A DNA stretch of 64,000 bases, from positions 198,090,001-198,154,000 of the forward strand of contig OX597815.1 in NCBI GenBank assembly GCA_951406725.2. The letters are read 5' to 3'. The notes under the pieces are model-generated. The model made no database searches, had not been told where the DNA came from, and saw only the letters and a program-made list of their open reading frames with translations. Origin of the DNA: Octopus vulgaris (Eukaryota). Below are positions 42,364 through 56,150 of this stretch, in pieces. A program made the position numbers and the translations under genes. The number at the start of each line of letters is the position of its first letter. The stretch's first letter is position 1.

Positions 42364-42438
42364 TATATGTATATATGCATGTATGCATGTACATGTGTGT
42401 GTGAATCGGTTTGCGTGCGTGTTTGCAATTCGTTGTAC

Positions 42439-42491
<53 letters not shown>

Positions 42492-43000
42492 TATATACAT
42501 ATATGCATGTATGCATCTACATGTGTGTGTGAATCGGTTTGCGTGCGTGTTTGCAATTCGTTGTACGTACATATATATATATAAAGCATAATCTCAGGAA
42601 CTATGAGAAGTGAGTATAGAATATTTTTAACTACTTCGCTTCCATAGGATTACTGCTGTTTCAAAATATTCTTCCTGTAATATTAATTTCAGTTTGCAAG
42701 GAATTATACATATATCAATTAAAAAAAGTAGTATCTTCGGAAATTAAAAGAAATAAGGTAGGTTAGCCCATCAGATCACCAGAACATTATGGTTACAGCA
42801 ACATTTCGTCTATAAATATACACATAAAATTCATAATTTTACTCACTATATTTAGAATGCATGGAATGTCAGTAAGGGTCTTTGTGTTTGTGCATACGTG
42901 TGAGAGAGTGTGTTTGTGCGCGCGTGTATATGTATATATGTATATATCTATGTATTTTCGTATGGGGAGAATGCAAGAATTATTAAAGTTTATACATAAC

Positions 43001-43425
43001 AGGCGCATGAGTGGCTGTGTGGTAAGTAGCTTGTTTACCAACCACATGGTTCCGGGTTCAGTCCCACAGCGTGGCACCTTGAGCAAGCGTCTTCTACTAT
43101 AGCCTCGGGATGACCGATGCCTTGTGAGTGGATTTGGTAGACGGAAACTGAAAGAAGCCCGTAGTATATATGTATATATATGTATGTGCGTGTATGTTTG
43201 TGTGTGTGTGTCTGTCCCCCTAGCATTGCTTGACAACCGATGCTGGTGTGTTTATGTCCCCGTCACATAGCGGTTCGGCAAAAAGATACCGATAGAATAA
43301 GTACTGGGCTGACAAAGAATAAGTCCCGGGGTGGAGTTGCTCAATTAAAGGCGGTGCTGCAGCATGGCCACAGTCAAAATGACTGAAACAAGTAAAAAAA
43401 AAAAAGAAAGAAAAAGAAAAAAGAA
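43001..43425 (+). mobile_element. Full-length SINE family A
   Basis: Closely similar to 34113-34520. Confidence 0.92.
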
Positions 43426-46149
43426 TTGCTCAGTGATTGATATTTCATTAAGATACAAAATATTTTCACATATGTTGTTTGATATTATACATTCATTATA
43501 GAGTATTGTCTTGTGTTTCCACCTTTTCATTATCTTGAAGTATGCAACACTTAGCGTGACTTTTTAATGAAATTCCATTTGTTCATTCTAAGTTTTCGCT
43601 CTGATTTCTAGTTCTGTCTACAATCCGACGTTAAACAAAACGAAAAACAAATGCATTATAATAGATATTTCATTCACCTACAACGCTAGCTTATCTACAT
43701 TGATCATGTCATATTTATAATAGTAAGCCTTTCATACACGTTTGCCAATAGTCTGTGAAATATATCTTAAATCGCAGATTATTTCAGTAAATGTTCAGAC
43801 AGCGAATATGATCAACGGTTTTAAGCAATAATGCTTGAAGTCTTAAAATTATTCGACCTAGATTTTCGGAATTATCGGTAATCCTCCGAATAATGAATTG
43901 GCACAGAGTAAGTTACTGCTATTATCAAAGACAGGTCATGTTTTTCATCCTTACTTCTTTATCTATTGATCTCAAAATAGGTTTAAAAACTTCATGTTAT
44001 ATTCGATTATTGACAAACGTGATCGTTACATTTTCTACTGTCTTACCGCAAAAATTGATTTTTTACTCGCATTGAATTAATCTTGTGAAGAAGAAAATCT
44101 AAAACCAGAACATTGTCCGAATTAAATATAGAAAATATACTTCTTTTGCACACAAGTATTTCAGATACTATTATTTTATAAATATGTTATGGACTCTAAT
44201 CATATTTGAACCATGTTAGTATTTCATTGGTAAACTCAACTTACTTCGAAATACTTAGGCTGAAAATGCCTATCATTCCTATTTGAAACCTAGAGAGGCG
44301 TAGAAGAAACAAACAGACGTTATTTTTTGCTATATAACACATGTACAGTGCTGTTGGTGAAACATCAAGTACAAATGAACACCTGTAGACAACGTTTTAT
44401 TTTGTAAATTAACCCATATAAAATATATATCCCAGAAAGCGTTTATAGCATAACTTTTTGTTGCCGTTCATGCATTTGGACCTGGAGATCTCCCTTTCCA
44501 GCGACTTCTAGGGCCACCTCCCAGTGGTGTCGGACGTCACCGAAGAGTCCTCGACTACAACAAGACGACCAAAATTTTTTTTCCAAGGTCTGGGGTCTCC
44601 CGCCCCTAAGCCCTAAACCATCACATAATCATCCTTACCTGTCATTTTGCTTAACAACAACACCAGTAACTCTTTGTTTATGTGTAAATTCTGGCCACGA
44701 AGTGAATTTTCTCGTCAGCCAAAGGTAACTCATATAAATTAGATGTATGTCTGCGAGACTATTATTTACGAATGCATAAATTTCAAACGGGAATATGGGG
44801 GATATAGTAAAACTGAAATATAATGTAATATATGAATTAACAGTTAAGGCTTTGAAAGTGGAAGTCTCTTATGACATATCAGAGCAAAGACTTTAAGAAA
44901 GAAAGCCCCATGACAAAATGATATTTCGTGACAAATCAGTATACAAATGTGACTTGCTATTTTAATATAGGTATAAAGTATGACAGCCACACTAAATCTT
45001 TGTTCAATTTATTATACAAAAGTAAACGAAAGAGGAGGCAGAAAAGAAATCTATCCACCTCCAGATTCTCAAATATGTTACGAACACCTCACTCCAAGGT
45101 ATACCCATATATGACATATACATGTGGGAGTATGGATCATTTATTAAGTATTTATTTCGGATTGTTTTCCTCTGCATCATTCATTAAGTTGTAGCTTTCC
45201 AAAAGCGTATATCTACACATCAGTTATATCTGGGTCCTAAGCGAATGGCATATGCAGGTTTCGAGTGACATATGAAATGCTGAAGATAAAGATAGTAAGG
45301 TGTGAATTGTTTTTATATTAAACCAAATTTTAAACATACAGACCAGAACGACGCACATTGTTACCCTTATGAGAGCGAAGGGGTTTATGGTATGGACAGA
45401 GGAAGAGAAAAGGAAAGAGAAGAGAGTAAGAGAGAGTGTGTGTGTGTGTGTTTTTGATAAAGAGAGAGAATGGGAGAGTCGACTTTCATCATGAAACATT
45501 AGAAAGAGATCGGCAGGTCACTGAAATTATCTACTTTGCTAGGAAAATTCACTCAACCAAATTTACGGACAGAGTGAATGATTTAGGTTACTAGTTTACG
45601 CTTTATAGTTATCTGTCTCAGTTCAGTTCAGAAAAGGGCACGTTCTATGCAGCCTGGTGGAATTAAAACACTTGTTCAAACTGTGCGTGTGTTATCTAGC
45701 ACTTCAACAAAGGAATGTTGTTTCTCTTATTCACACAATCCAAAATTTCCTTTTGTTCCTTGGACTTTAGTTGAAATGTATTCGACTAGTGCTAAGCCTG
45801 CATTTCCAACATCCATCCGTGACTCACAAATGGCAGGTATAGAAACTGTATCTCAACAGAGAAGCATTTGCACACACTGCTAGCTTTGCATTTAACTGTG
45901 CATTATTGCATGTACTAAGTAAATCTCATATCATGTGTGATTCTCTCAACCAAAATACACACACACTCACTCACTCATGCACACACGTCTGCATACATAC
46001 GTATATATCTTTTCAGTTCGCTTTTGTATAAGCATAGAAAAGTTCCTATTTTACCATGTCCGCCACGGTCTAGTGGATCCAACATGCGACAGCAGATTTA
46101 TGGGAACGTACCGCGTTGTGCCGATACATCCATCACTCCATCCATCCTC

Positions 46150-46451
46150 CATACATACATACATACATATATACAAACATACAAACATACATACATACAT
46201 ACATACATACATACATACATACATACATACATACATACATACAAACATACAAACATACATTCATCCATCCATCCATACATACATACATCCATACATACAT
46301 ACATCCATACATACATACATCCATACATACATACATACGTACAAACAAACATACATACATACATACAAACATACATGCACACAACCATACATATATACAT
46401 ACATACATACATACAAACATACAAACATACATACATACATAAATATATACA

Positions 46452-46483
<32 letters not shown>

Positions 46484-46530
46484 ATATATACATACATATA
46501 TAAATACATACATACATACATACATACATA
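46150..46530. repeat. (CATA)n tetranucleotide array
   Basis: Directly visible. Confidence 0.96.
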
Positions 46531-48458
46531 CAAAGATATCCGTAGGAATTAATGCCTTGACGTATACATCAAAGCATGCCATAACCAGCAGGTATTCACA
46601 CACTGGAAAACAAGAAATACTGGTGGCATAATCTAATAATAATAATATCCTTTTCTACTCTACGCACAAGGCTCGTAACTGGTACTTATAATGGCATAGA
46701 TTTCGCTCATCAGCAGTATTTTCATTAAAATTTTAACTTTGAGCGAAGAATAGAAATTCGAAGTTGATATATCTCTACACTAAAATACCCTTTTCTGTAC
46801 ACACCATTCATAAATATTTATTGAAGAAAAATGTGTGATATATGAATTTGGAATTCATCTCTCACTCAAACCACTTTTCAAAATTATAAAAAAAACTCAC
46901 TTTTCCCCTCAAAGTTACATATAGGTAATAAGAATTCATCGAACGCTCTAGTTTTTATGTAACATACTGTAATTTTGCTATACTATGTATATAAAGAGAG
47001 GCTGAGTAAGAACTGACCGGAAATTTTTTAACTCCATCCTAAGGAATTTGATATCCAATATACTCGAACATGAGTAAACTGGGAGGTGATACAGTTATAT
47101 TATTTTGGCTCAGAAGCTTTTAACTTTCGCTCGGGATTAAATACCCATGAAATATAATCCACGTAATACTGTCTCTTCCTTTGGCTCATGCCCAATTATT
47201 CTGTCGGAGAGAGTTAGGTGAATCGATATCATTATATTACACATGAACATTTTAATGACAACAATGTTGTGAATCTCGACATGTTTTAAAAAATGAATTG
47301 AAAATGAATTTGGAGAAAAGGACCTACAAGTCTCACAGCTTTAGAGAGGCATTCAACTGGTTTTGCCAGCATCGCCACTTTAAAATCGTTATTATATTCA
47401 ATTTTTTCGTAGGAAAAATGCCAAATTTGAACGAGGATGCAATATAGTTTCGAGATTTCATGCCAGTATATTATTGCATTTATCGACCGGAGTAAAAGCG
47501 AAATGAAAAGTAGATCATTGTGGTAATTCAACTTAGCAGTGATAGAAAGATGAAACCAAATATTGAAACGCAATTAATCCGGAGCCTCCCTTTCTTTATC
47601 ATATCAACCAACGTTCTAGTCATTATAATACTATGAATAGACTAGAAATACTTGAATTATACACATGTAACTGAGTATCAATTTCTGGACATTTTGACAA
47701 CTGCAGTCATGGCTATTAGTCTCGGATTTCCGTCGCAAATACACTATAGCAGATGTACAGATATTTCGAAATAATTCACTCAATATATGAAATGCCTTCT
47801 GACCAGAGCAAGAAACTAACGTACAAACCTTCAAGTTATGATCACCATTAACTCCATTTGCTACGCTTCTGATTATTACAATAATTTCCATCGCTGGAAA
47901 CAAATGTTGCATGCATCAATAACAAATATTGATTGGCTATATAGTCGCATAAGTTTTATAGGGATAAAATAATGTGAAATTTTCTTTCCTAAGGATATTG
48001 GTGGCATAAGAGAAATGCTACTTCGCTTCATTAAATGTTACATTTAATACGTTGTTTTTGCAATGAAATATTAAATTCACATATCGGTAAAAGCCAATAA
48101 ATTTGTCTAAAGGAGAAAATGAGATGCAATATATGATTTCCTTCCTTCAGACGATTATCGAAATAATCTTAAGAACTTTAGTCGCCAGTGTATGAACGCT
48201 TCTGTTTGATACATTGATATGCAAGTGGATACGTACATATCTATATATATATATATATGTACATGAATATATATATATATATATACATATAGATAAATGT
48301 GTGTGTGTGTGTGTGTTGGTGCGTCTTTTCTGATTGTGTCTGTGTATTTTCTGCGTGTGTATGTGTATATGCATATGTATCTTTATCTATATGCATGTGT
48401 GTATTTATATGTACGTGTATAAGATTGACTGTTGATACACATACTGACACTCCTCCAC

Positions 48459-48637
<179 letters not shown>

Positions 48638-49499
48638 GAATCTAGACCGTCAGATGACTGCCAAGAAGTTTTCTCTATCATAATACCCTGCCAACCTGCC
48701 AAACACCACTCCTTCTTAAATTGCGGTGTTTCTTTAACTAGTTTAATCATCATTCTGTACTCTCAATTACAAGCTTCTTCCATTTCACACCGATATCCTT
48801 GTGACCTTTCTGCTACACTTATGAAAAATATGCCGAGTACAAATTTCTCTGATTAAATGTAATATGCATATAATAGAATGTCGTTTTATCAACATATGAC
48901 ATATCACAAATATCTGATTGGAAGGCTAAATTTGGTATCCCGCACCCCGTGATTACTACTACGTCGTTCATTAGATTGGACACGATGGTTGATTGATCAA
49001 GTGTGGTAGATATCATCCAAATTATCACCAACTTTTTAAAGTTGTTTACAAAATACTACATATTCAGGAGACGTAACTTTCTAAAATCATTTACAATGCT
49101 TGCTACAGAAGATTATGGAAAAGATCATGCTAATTATGCACCACAGTCGAACAATATAAATATAAAAAATAACAAAAACAGAAAACATACATTGCTGTAG
49201 AAGCTAAGTGAATAGTGGATGTGTATATCTTGTTTAAATTGGAGAATAGGACAAATTTTAGGGAATGATAATAAAATTAAAATTCCTATATAAATTCTAT
49301 AGATATCCGTTTGTATCTAAGGATCTAGTTTTTCTCATTCGCAAAATGAGCGCCCCTAAATTAGGCTCAGATTGCGATCAATTTTGGTTTATCGATGCAA
49401 CTCTGAATTTTGATTACGATTAACCAATAATTTTATCTTGTAAATTAAAGAATCTGATGTTATTTGGAACTAAAGTTGCGGAATTTTGGGTAATTTTAG

Positions 49500-49545
49500 C
49501 CAATCAACAGACAGCGTGGCATTAGCACCTTGTTACCATGACAAC
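49500..49545. promoter_or_regulatory. CCAAT box plus RFX X-box-like motif
   Basis: CCAAT at 49500-49504 and GTTACCATGACAAC at 49532-49545 in a locally GC-richer patch; motif match only. Confidence 0.25.
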
Positions 49546-51645
49546 CGCACGCTGCGTTGTGGTTCACTGTAGTCTTTGCGCTGTTGTCTATGTTGGTTGT
49601 TTATATTTTGTATTTTTACATATTTTTCATTCCATATATCTTTGACACTTATTAACTCAGATAGCTGGATTTCTGATTTCACTAGGTTAATTCTATTCGT
49701 AAAAATTTTAATTAGGAGTATTTCTTAAATACTTGTTAGCTTCACATTTCAACAGCTTAACTGAAATTTAGCCCACGTAACAGGAAAGGAGAAGGATATC
49801 GTGGAACAGAGAAGCTGTGGGTGATACAGATAATTTGATATTATTTTTGAATTCTGCATGCAAAAACATATACGATGAAGAATATACGATTACTTCGTCA
49901 GAAGTAGCCTCATGCCTATGACATTTTCAAGTCACTGATATAGATTCCGATGGAAGGAGAAGGGTATTTTTGTGGCGGAGGCCAGTTAGAACTGTTTGTG
50001 ATGGACATAGCACTTTTTCAATCTCTAATGTATCAGAAGATTTTATTAGCTGTGACAGGAAATCTATATTTCAAGAACATGGAATGTAAACGAAAACTAA
50101 GTTATACTTTTGTTCCATTCTTTCACCCCGATTTACAGGATTGATTTATATGTGCAACTCTCTAATATGTATATATTTTAAACATTTTACAGAATGTAAA
50201 ATCATTTTTGCAATAGTACTTGCCATCATAAATACACTTCGGGTGTGATCGCCTACTATTTTCCACAGCTCCAGCGGAAGTGCGAACATTACTCGGTGAG
50301 ACGAATTTTCTATGTTGTTCTTGATCGGTATGGATAGCTGTAGCGTTTCAGACTTACCGAATCGAATATAATATAATTCATGATTAAATATATATTGAAG
50401 CTATGATAGAGAGCACCATTCATTCAGGTATCATTCCTCGAACAATTATTCTTCTTCATATACGTCTGATTTTAAGTCGGTAGGATTTGCTTTGAGACAT
50501 ATGAAACTACGAAGAATTGCAGGCTGCTGAATTCATAAAGCTGTTATAATAATAATCAAAGCACATTAGTGGCGAAACAGTAATAATAAATATATTTGCG
50601 ATTGCATATACTTTTTGATGGACTACAAACCGTTAATGGATACAGATTGGTTACTAGGCCCATAGATCACACGAAATACTTCGCATAATTACTAGCGACT
50701 TACTAGATTCAGCAAAGCATATCACTGATGATATGAATATAGCTTTTTGTTAATTTTATTACTTGCAAGTGCGGAAATGAAATGTCTTTTTCTCACTAGA
50801 CAATTAGATGTATCATTAGTCGGCTCGTATATTAAGTAATTAGTCTAGATAGGCAATGTAATACTAACTGAAACACTACAGTGTGTTATCAGCTCTGTTA
50901 ATTGTTTTGAAGAATAGGCCCAACCATTACTACTTGATTTCATAAAATTTGTAATATAGACAGTACAAAGTGTGTGTAGCTTTGCGGGTTGGACAAACAC
51001 ATTAATGAATGAAAAGGAAATAAAATGAATAAATGAGAGACGAAACCAAACACCTGCCGGTTGGATTTTTCTCGAAAACATATTTTCTCTTTTAAAAAAT
51101 CAGTATGAGGTTTCAAACCTCTTACAAGAAGGAGGCACTAAAACCTCTTACTTAACATGTTTTTTTTTAAAAAAACACACAATTGAGGTTATAAGCCACT
51201 ACAATTAATACAATATGATGAGGTTTCAAACCCTCTAACAAGGTTTTTTCACCTCCTACTCATCGATGTATCCATCGATATATTCCTCATTATTTTCAAT
51301 GCCGCTTGAGTTCCTGTATCTACACCATTACTAATTGTTCTATATAGTTTGGTATTAGATATTTAACATTATTGTGATGCATACACACAAAAGCACAAAC
51401 ATAGAAACACAATTATATAATACCCCCCACAGATACAAATACATATACATACACATATTTTCTTGTATCCATACATATGCATGTGCGTGTGTAAATATAT
51501 ACATACATATATAATTGAAACAATAATACTATTAGAATATGAATACCACACGATAGCACAAGGGGAAATACGAAGGTGGGCGAGGTTTATACTCTACTAG
51601 GTTTTTCACAGAATATACCATAACTACACACACTCACACACATAC

Positions 51646-51696
<51 letters not shown>

Positions 51697-51764
51697 TATA
51701 TATGTATATATATGTATATATATATAGGTGTATATATAGGTATATGTATAGGTATATATGTATA

Positions 51765-51868
<104 letters not shown>

Positions 51869-51877
51869 TATATGTAA

Positions 51878-52196
51878 GGAGCGCTCCGTCGGTTACAACG
51901 ATGAACGTGCCAGGTGATACGACCAACGGAACAGCTAGCTTGTGAGATTAACGTGCAAATGGCTGAGCATTCCACAGACACGTGTACCCTTAACGTAGTT
52001 CTCAGGGAGATTGAGCGTGACACAGAGTGTGCGAAGGCTGGCCATTTGAAATACAGGTATTACTCATTTTTGCTAAGTGGACAGGAGCGACGTTAAATAA
52101 AGTGCCTTGCTCAATGACACAAACGGTCGCTGGGAATTGAACGCACGGCCTTACGATCGTGAACCGAATGCTCCAAACGGCTAAACCATGCGCCTT
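51878..52196 (-). mobile_element. tRNA-derived CORE-like SINE
   Basis: Minus strand GGCGCATGGTTTAG..GTTCAATTCCC head followed by TGTGTCATTGAGCAAGGCACTTTA (CORE-like). Confidence 0.75.
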
Positions 52197-52242
52197 CTTT
52201 CCCTCCCTCTCTCTCTCTCTCTCCCTTTCTGTATGTATGTGT

Positions 52243-52293
<51 letters not shown>

Positions 52294-53150
52294 AACAGAG
52301 AATGAAAGAGAGAAACAGAGAGTGAGAGAGAGAGAGAAGCACAGAGTGAGAGAGAGAGTGTGTGACATATATACGTATGTTTGTATGTAGGTATGAAGGT
52401 ATGCGTATTCTCATGCTAATGTTCAATGTAAAATAATGAAAGTTTAATTATTGGAAAGTAGAAAAAGAACATAGATAGATAGATATATAGATAGATAGAT
52501 AGACGGAGAGACAGATAGATAGACAGAGAGACAGATAGAGCAAGATAGAGCGAGAGAGAGGGAGAGAGAGAGAAAGAGGAGGGCGTTCTCGATGTAATTA
52601 AGGATTGGCGCTTATGTTATTTTTATAAGAAAGCGAATACCGCAGGTGAGGGACATCGATAAATACTGCTGAACTTATTGAGTGGCACTTAATGAAATCT
52701 TAACAAAACCTGGGGAATGATTATAATATGCAATAATTAGAGAAAAAGTGTTTACAGTTGGAAATTAGTTTATTGATTTTTATCGTTATTATTACACGCC
52801 GGACAAAGTGCTTAGCAGCCTTTCGACCGGCTGTATCTTCTTAGGTCAGATCCATTAAGGTCGAATTACCTTTCATCCTTTAGAGATTCATAATTTAAGT
52901 ACCAGTTTAGTAGTAGGGTCGATGTAATTGACTTAACCCCACCCAAATTAGTTTTAGCCTTTAGTAAAAGGATTATAATATTATTATTATTATTATCATT
53001 AATATTATTATTTTTATTGTCATCATCATCATCATCGTCGTAGTCGTCGTCATTATTATTATTATCTTCATCATAATCATCATCATCATCATCATCATTA
53101 TTATTATTATTATTATTATTATTTTTTTTTTTTTTATTGTTGTTATTATT

Positions 53151-53688
53151 GAGAGAGCAGTGCATGCTCTCAAAATGACACTGGGGTAAAATATACGATG
53201 CCCAATATACCCATCATGACTACCCATTTGATAAGAGTACACTAGGCACATGCACCATAAACATAAGTGCGCGACATGGTGATCTCATAAGTAAACAAGA
53301 CATGACTTTGCAGGCAGGGCACAGTTAGAATTTTGTTCAGGTCGAGTAGCCCACCCCGCTCAAAAGGCCCATGAATAAGGGTTGTTTAAGGGTGTTGAAC
53401 GAAACACCAATGTTTCCCAGAGGTGAATTATTCAAACCTTAAAGAAATACTCTCAACACATGGCTATGATACTCACCCACTATTTCTGCTCGTGATCAGA
53501 GATCTACATATCGTCAGCCACTGAGGAGCATGCTCAACTGGTTATGACCAACAACTGACAACGTAATCTGTGAATATTTGCTGTAATCCATGTTTTATAT
53601 TAAGATAAAGCAATGTACATGATGATACTTCCAATCAATAAAAATCAGAAGCCATGAAAGTCACTGCCTTGTACTGCATCAGGACATT

Positions 53689-53690
<2 letters not shown>
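53151..53690 (-). mobile_element. Non-coding interspersed repeat family D with (AAT)n tail
   Basis: Homologous pieces at 1-29, 14944-14969, 53760-53972 and 60036-60200; most abut (TAA)n. Confidence 0.8.
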
Positions 53691-53757
<67 letters not shown>

Positions 53758-53759
53758 TG

Positions 53760-53972
53760 TAACATCCTTAAACAGCCCTTATTCAGGGACCTTTTGAGCG
53801 GGATGGGCTACTCGACCTGAAGAAAATTCTAACTGGGCCCCACCTGCAAGGTCATGCGCTGTTTACCTTGATATGAGATCACCATGTCGCACACATATGG
53901 TTGTGATGCATGTGCCTGGTGTACCCTTATCAGACGGGTAGTCATGATGGGTATATTGTGCTTCGTATATTT
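53760..53972 (+). mobile_element. Family D fragment, inverted relative to 53188-53397
   Basis: Reverse-complement similarity; ORFs 53251(-) and 53910(+) both begin MCLVY..GSHDGYI. Confidence 0.85.
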
Positions 53973-54209
53973 GGAATAATAGTAATAATAATAATAATAA
54001 GTGCAAAAAATCGTATTAACTGGAACGGCTCATGTACTGAGAAGAGCTTTATCGTTGTGAAAACAACATTCATCCATGAATTTATTTATCTATTAATTTT
54101 TAAAAACATATTTTATCTGGGAATTTGCGCATGTAATCTGGGAATGCATAGGTGTATGGAAAATACTAGGCGAGAAACGGAAGAAAATTTGAAGAAAGAA
54201 GGAAAAAAC

Positions 54210-54241
<32 letters not shown>

Positions 54242-55841
54242 CATCCTCATCCTCATCATCATCATCATCATCATCATTATTATACCATATTTTCCTTTTC
54301 CGGGAAGGAAGTTGATTATTTCTTCCTAAGTCTTTAGAAAATTTCCCGAGACTGCTCGCCCTGCTAAATAATGCTGATTTTTAGATATGCTCTATATTTA
54401 TTCCGATCACTCCCAGACAATTTTTGATTACTCTTTTTTTTCTTAATGTACCTACTAAACGCACATTTGTTCTTGTGGTATACAATCTTGAATAATTTTT
54501 TTTTACTTCGTGCCTCAGAGTTTCATATCATGTCTGTGTTGCTTCTTTGTCGACAATTCTGCAATCAACAGGACAGGCGCAGGCGATTTCTCTGATCAAG
54601 CGTAATATTTCTTCCTTTTTCTATCTGTGCAATATCTGGTCTCTGATGTTCGTTCGTATTATCACACTGGATCTTGAACTCCCAAATGATCTTCACCATG
54701 TCATTTTCTACCACATCTTTTAGTTCATGATCATATCATTTTCTCGCTCTTTTCAAACCAAACTTCTTACGCTGGTCTATTCTTCTGACACTGTCGTACT
54801 TTCTCTTACATTAACTGAAGATCAATTTGCTGCATTCCCTTGAAATATGACATAGTGTCTTTCCAGCCCCATCACACCATTTGCTTTCGTCTAATTCTTC
54901 TTCTGGGTCAATTTTCTACTTTTGAACTAATTCTTCATGCTCGTTCCTGTGTGGTCATGGTCGCGATTTCACGTTTCAAGTCGTTTTCTTTTTTCGGTAA
55001 CTTGACCTGTGTCCTTTTGTCTGTTTTATTCTAACCGATTTATAATGTTTTGTTTTCTTCTATATACCTTGTAATATTCCTTTCCTTTTTCAGAATACAA
55101 CACTCACTACCCTCCCACCTTTCTTTGTTTCTCGTATGAATCGCACCGTGTATTGCCAAAAGTGTTTTTTTCTTTTTTCTTCCCTAAGGATTGACTTAAC
55201 CCCACCCAAAATTTGTTTTAGCCTTTAGTAAAACGATTATAATATTATTATTATCATTACTATTATTATTTTTATTATTATTATCATCATCATCATCATC
55301 ATCGTCGTCGTCGTCATTATTATTATCATCACCATCATCATCATCATCATAACCATCATCATCATCATCATCATCATTAACATTCTCTGTGCCATCCGAT
55401 CACATTTGTCCTTCTCTGTGCCATCTGATCACATTTGTCAAGGTAGCAATTCCCCACGAATTTAATGCTTAGAGCTTATTCTTCCCATTCAATTTAGTTT
55501 ACAAAATTAATTTCAACCTTCTGTAATACACCTGACAAAATATTTTCTTCATTCAGCTTTCTATTAATTCAACATTCCCTACTTTTTCAGTTTAAATGTT
55601 GTTATATCAGCCGTAAAGCAATGCATTGCTTGAATTAATGAATTCAGTTGGTTTTTACTTTCTCATTTATTTTTCTGTCGTTCATAAAAAAGGCAATTTT
55701 GTCAACTATTTTGTCTTGGAACACATACCCATGTTTCGTATTACTCAAAGCCTAAACCTTCCCTCCCAGATAGAATGTTAGTGGTCCATCTATTCATACT
55801 ACGCTAGTACAGATTAAAGATATCCACAAATGAAAAGACGC

Positions 55842-56150
55842 TTAACATTCTTTACGGTGGTCTAGGCATGCCATACCTAAAGCTGTTTTGCACATTTTGT
55901 AATCGTTCCTCACTGCCATATTTACCAAGTATTGATTGTTGGTTCCGCTACGACCACATATGCACATTTCTTGCTCTTCCACTGTGCGGATCTTCTGGTA
56001 TATGTAAACGTTTATTTCCTGTGCCAGTAATCCATTCAATAGCTTCAACATGGTGAAGAGAGAGGGTAGTGATCTAAGATTGTCAACTGCATTTTCCCTT
56101 GTTGCTGCTTTCTGGCACAGTACTGTTCTACCTGAGGTCAACCAACGTGG
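55842..56150 (-). mobile_element. Degenerate R4/Dong-type RT fragment
   Basis: GRTVLCQK..NAVDNLRSLPSL..KLLNGLLA..EEQ..GT..L..AV..DYK..KTALGMACLDHRK matches 'GRTVL..NYRPI.CL..WKLLTG..EEQKG..GTKDQL..L.MAWIDYRKAYD'. Confidence 0.7.

Noticed and set aside
51107-51235. Two GAGGTTTCAAACC(T)C short palindromes
   Set aside because: Only two short copies with no further structure; insufficient for a call.
53817-53840. CTGAAGA box in family D as a hammerhead
   Set aside because: No stem II followed by GAAA and UH in the required order.
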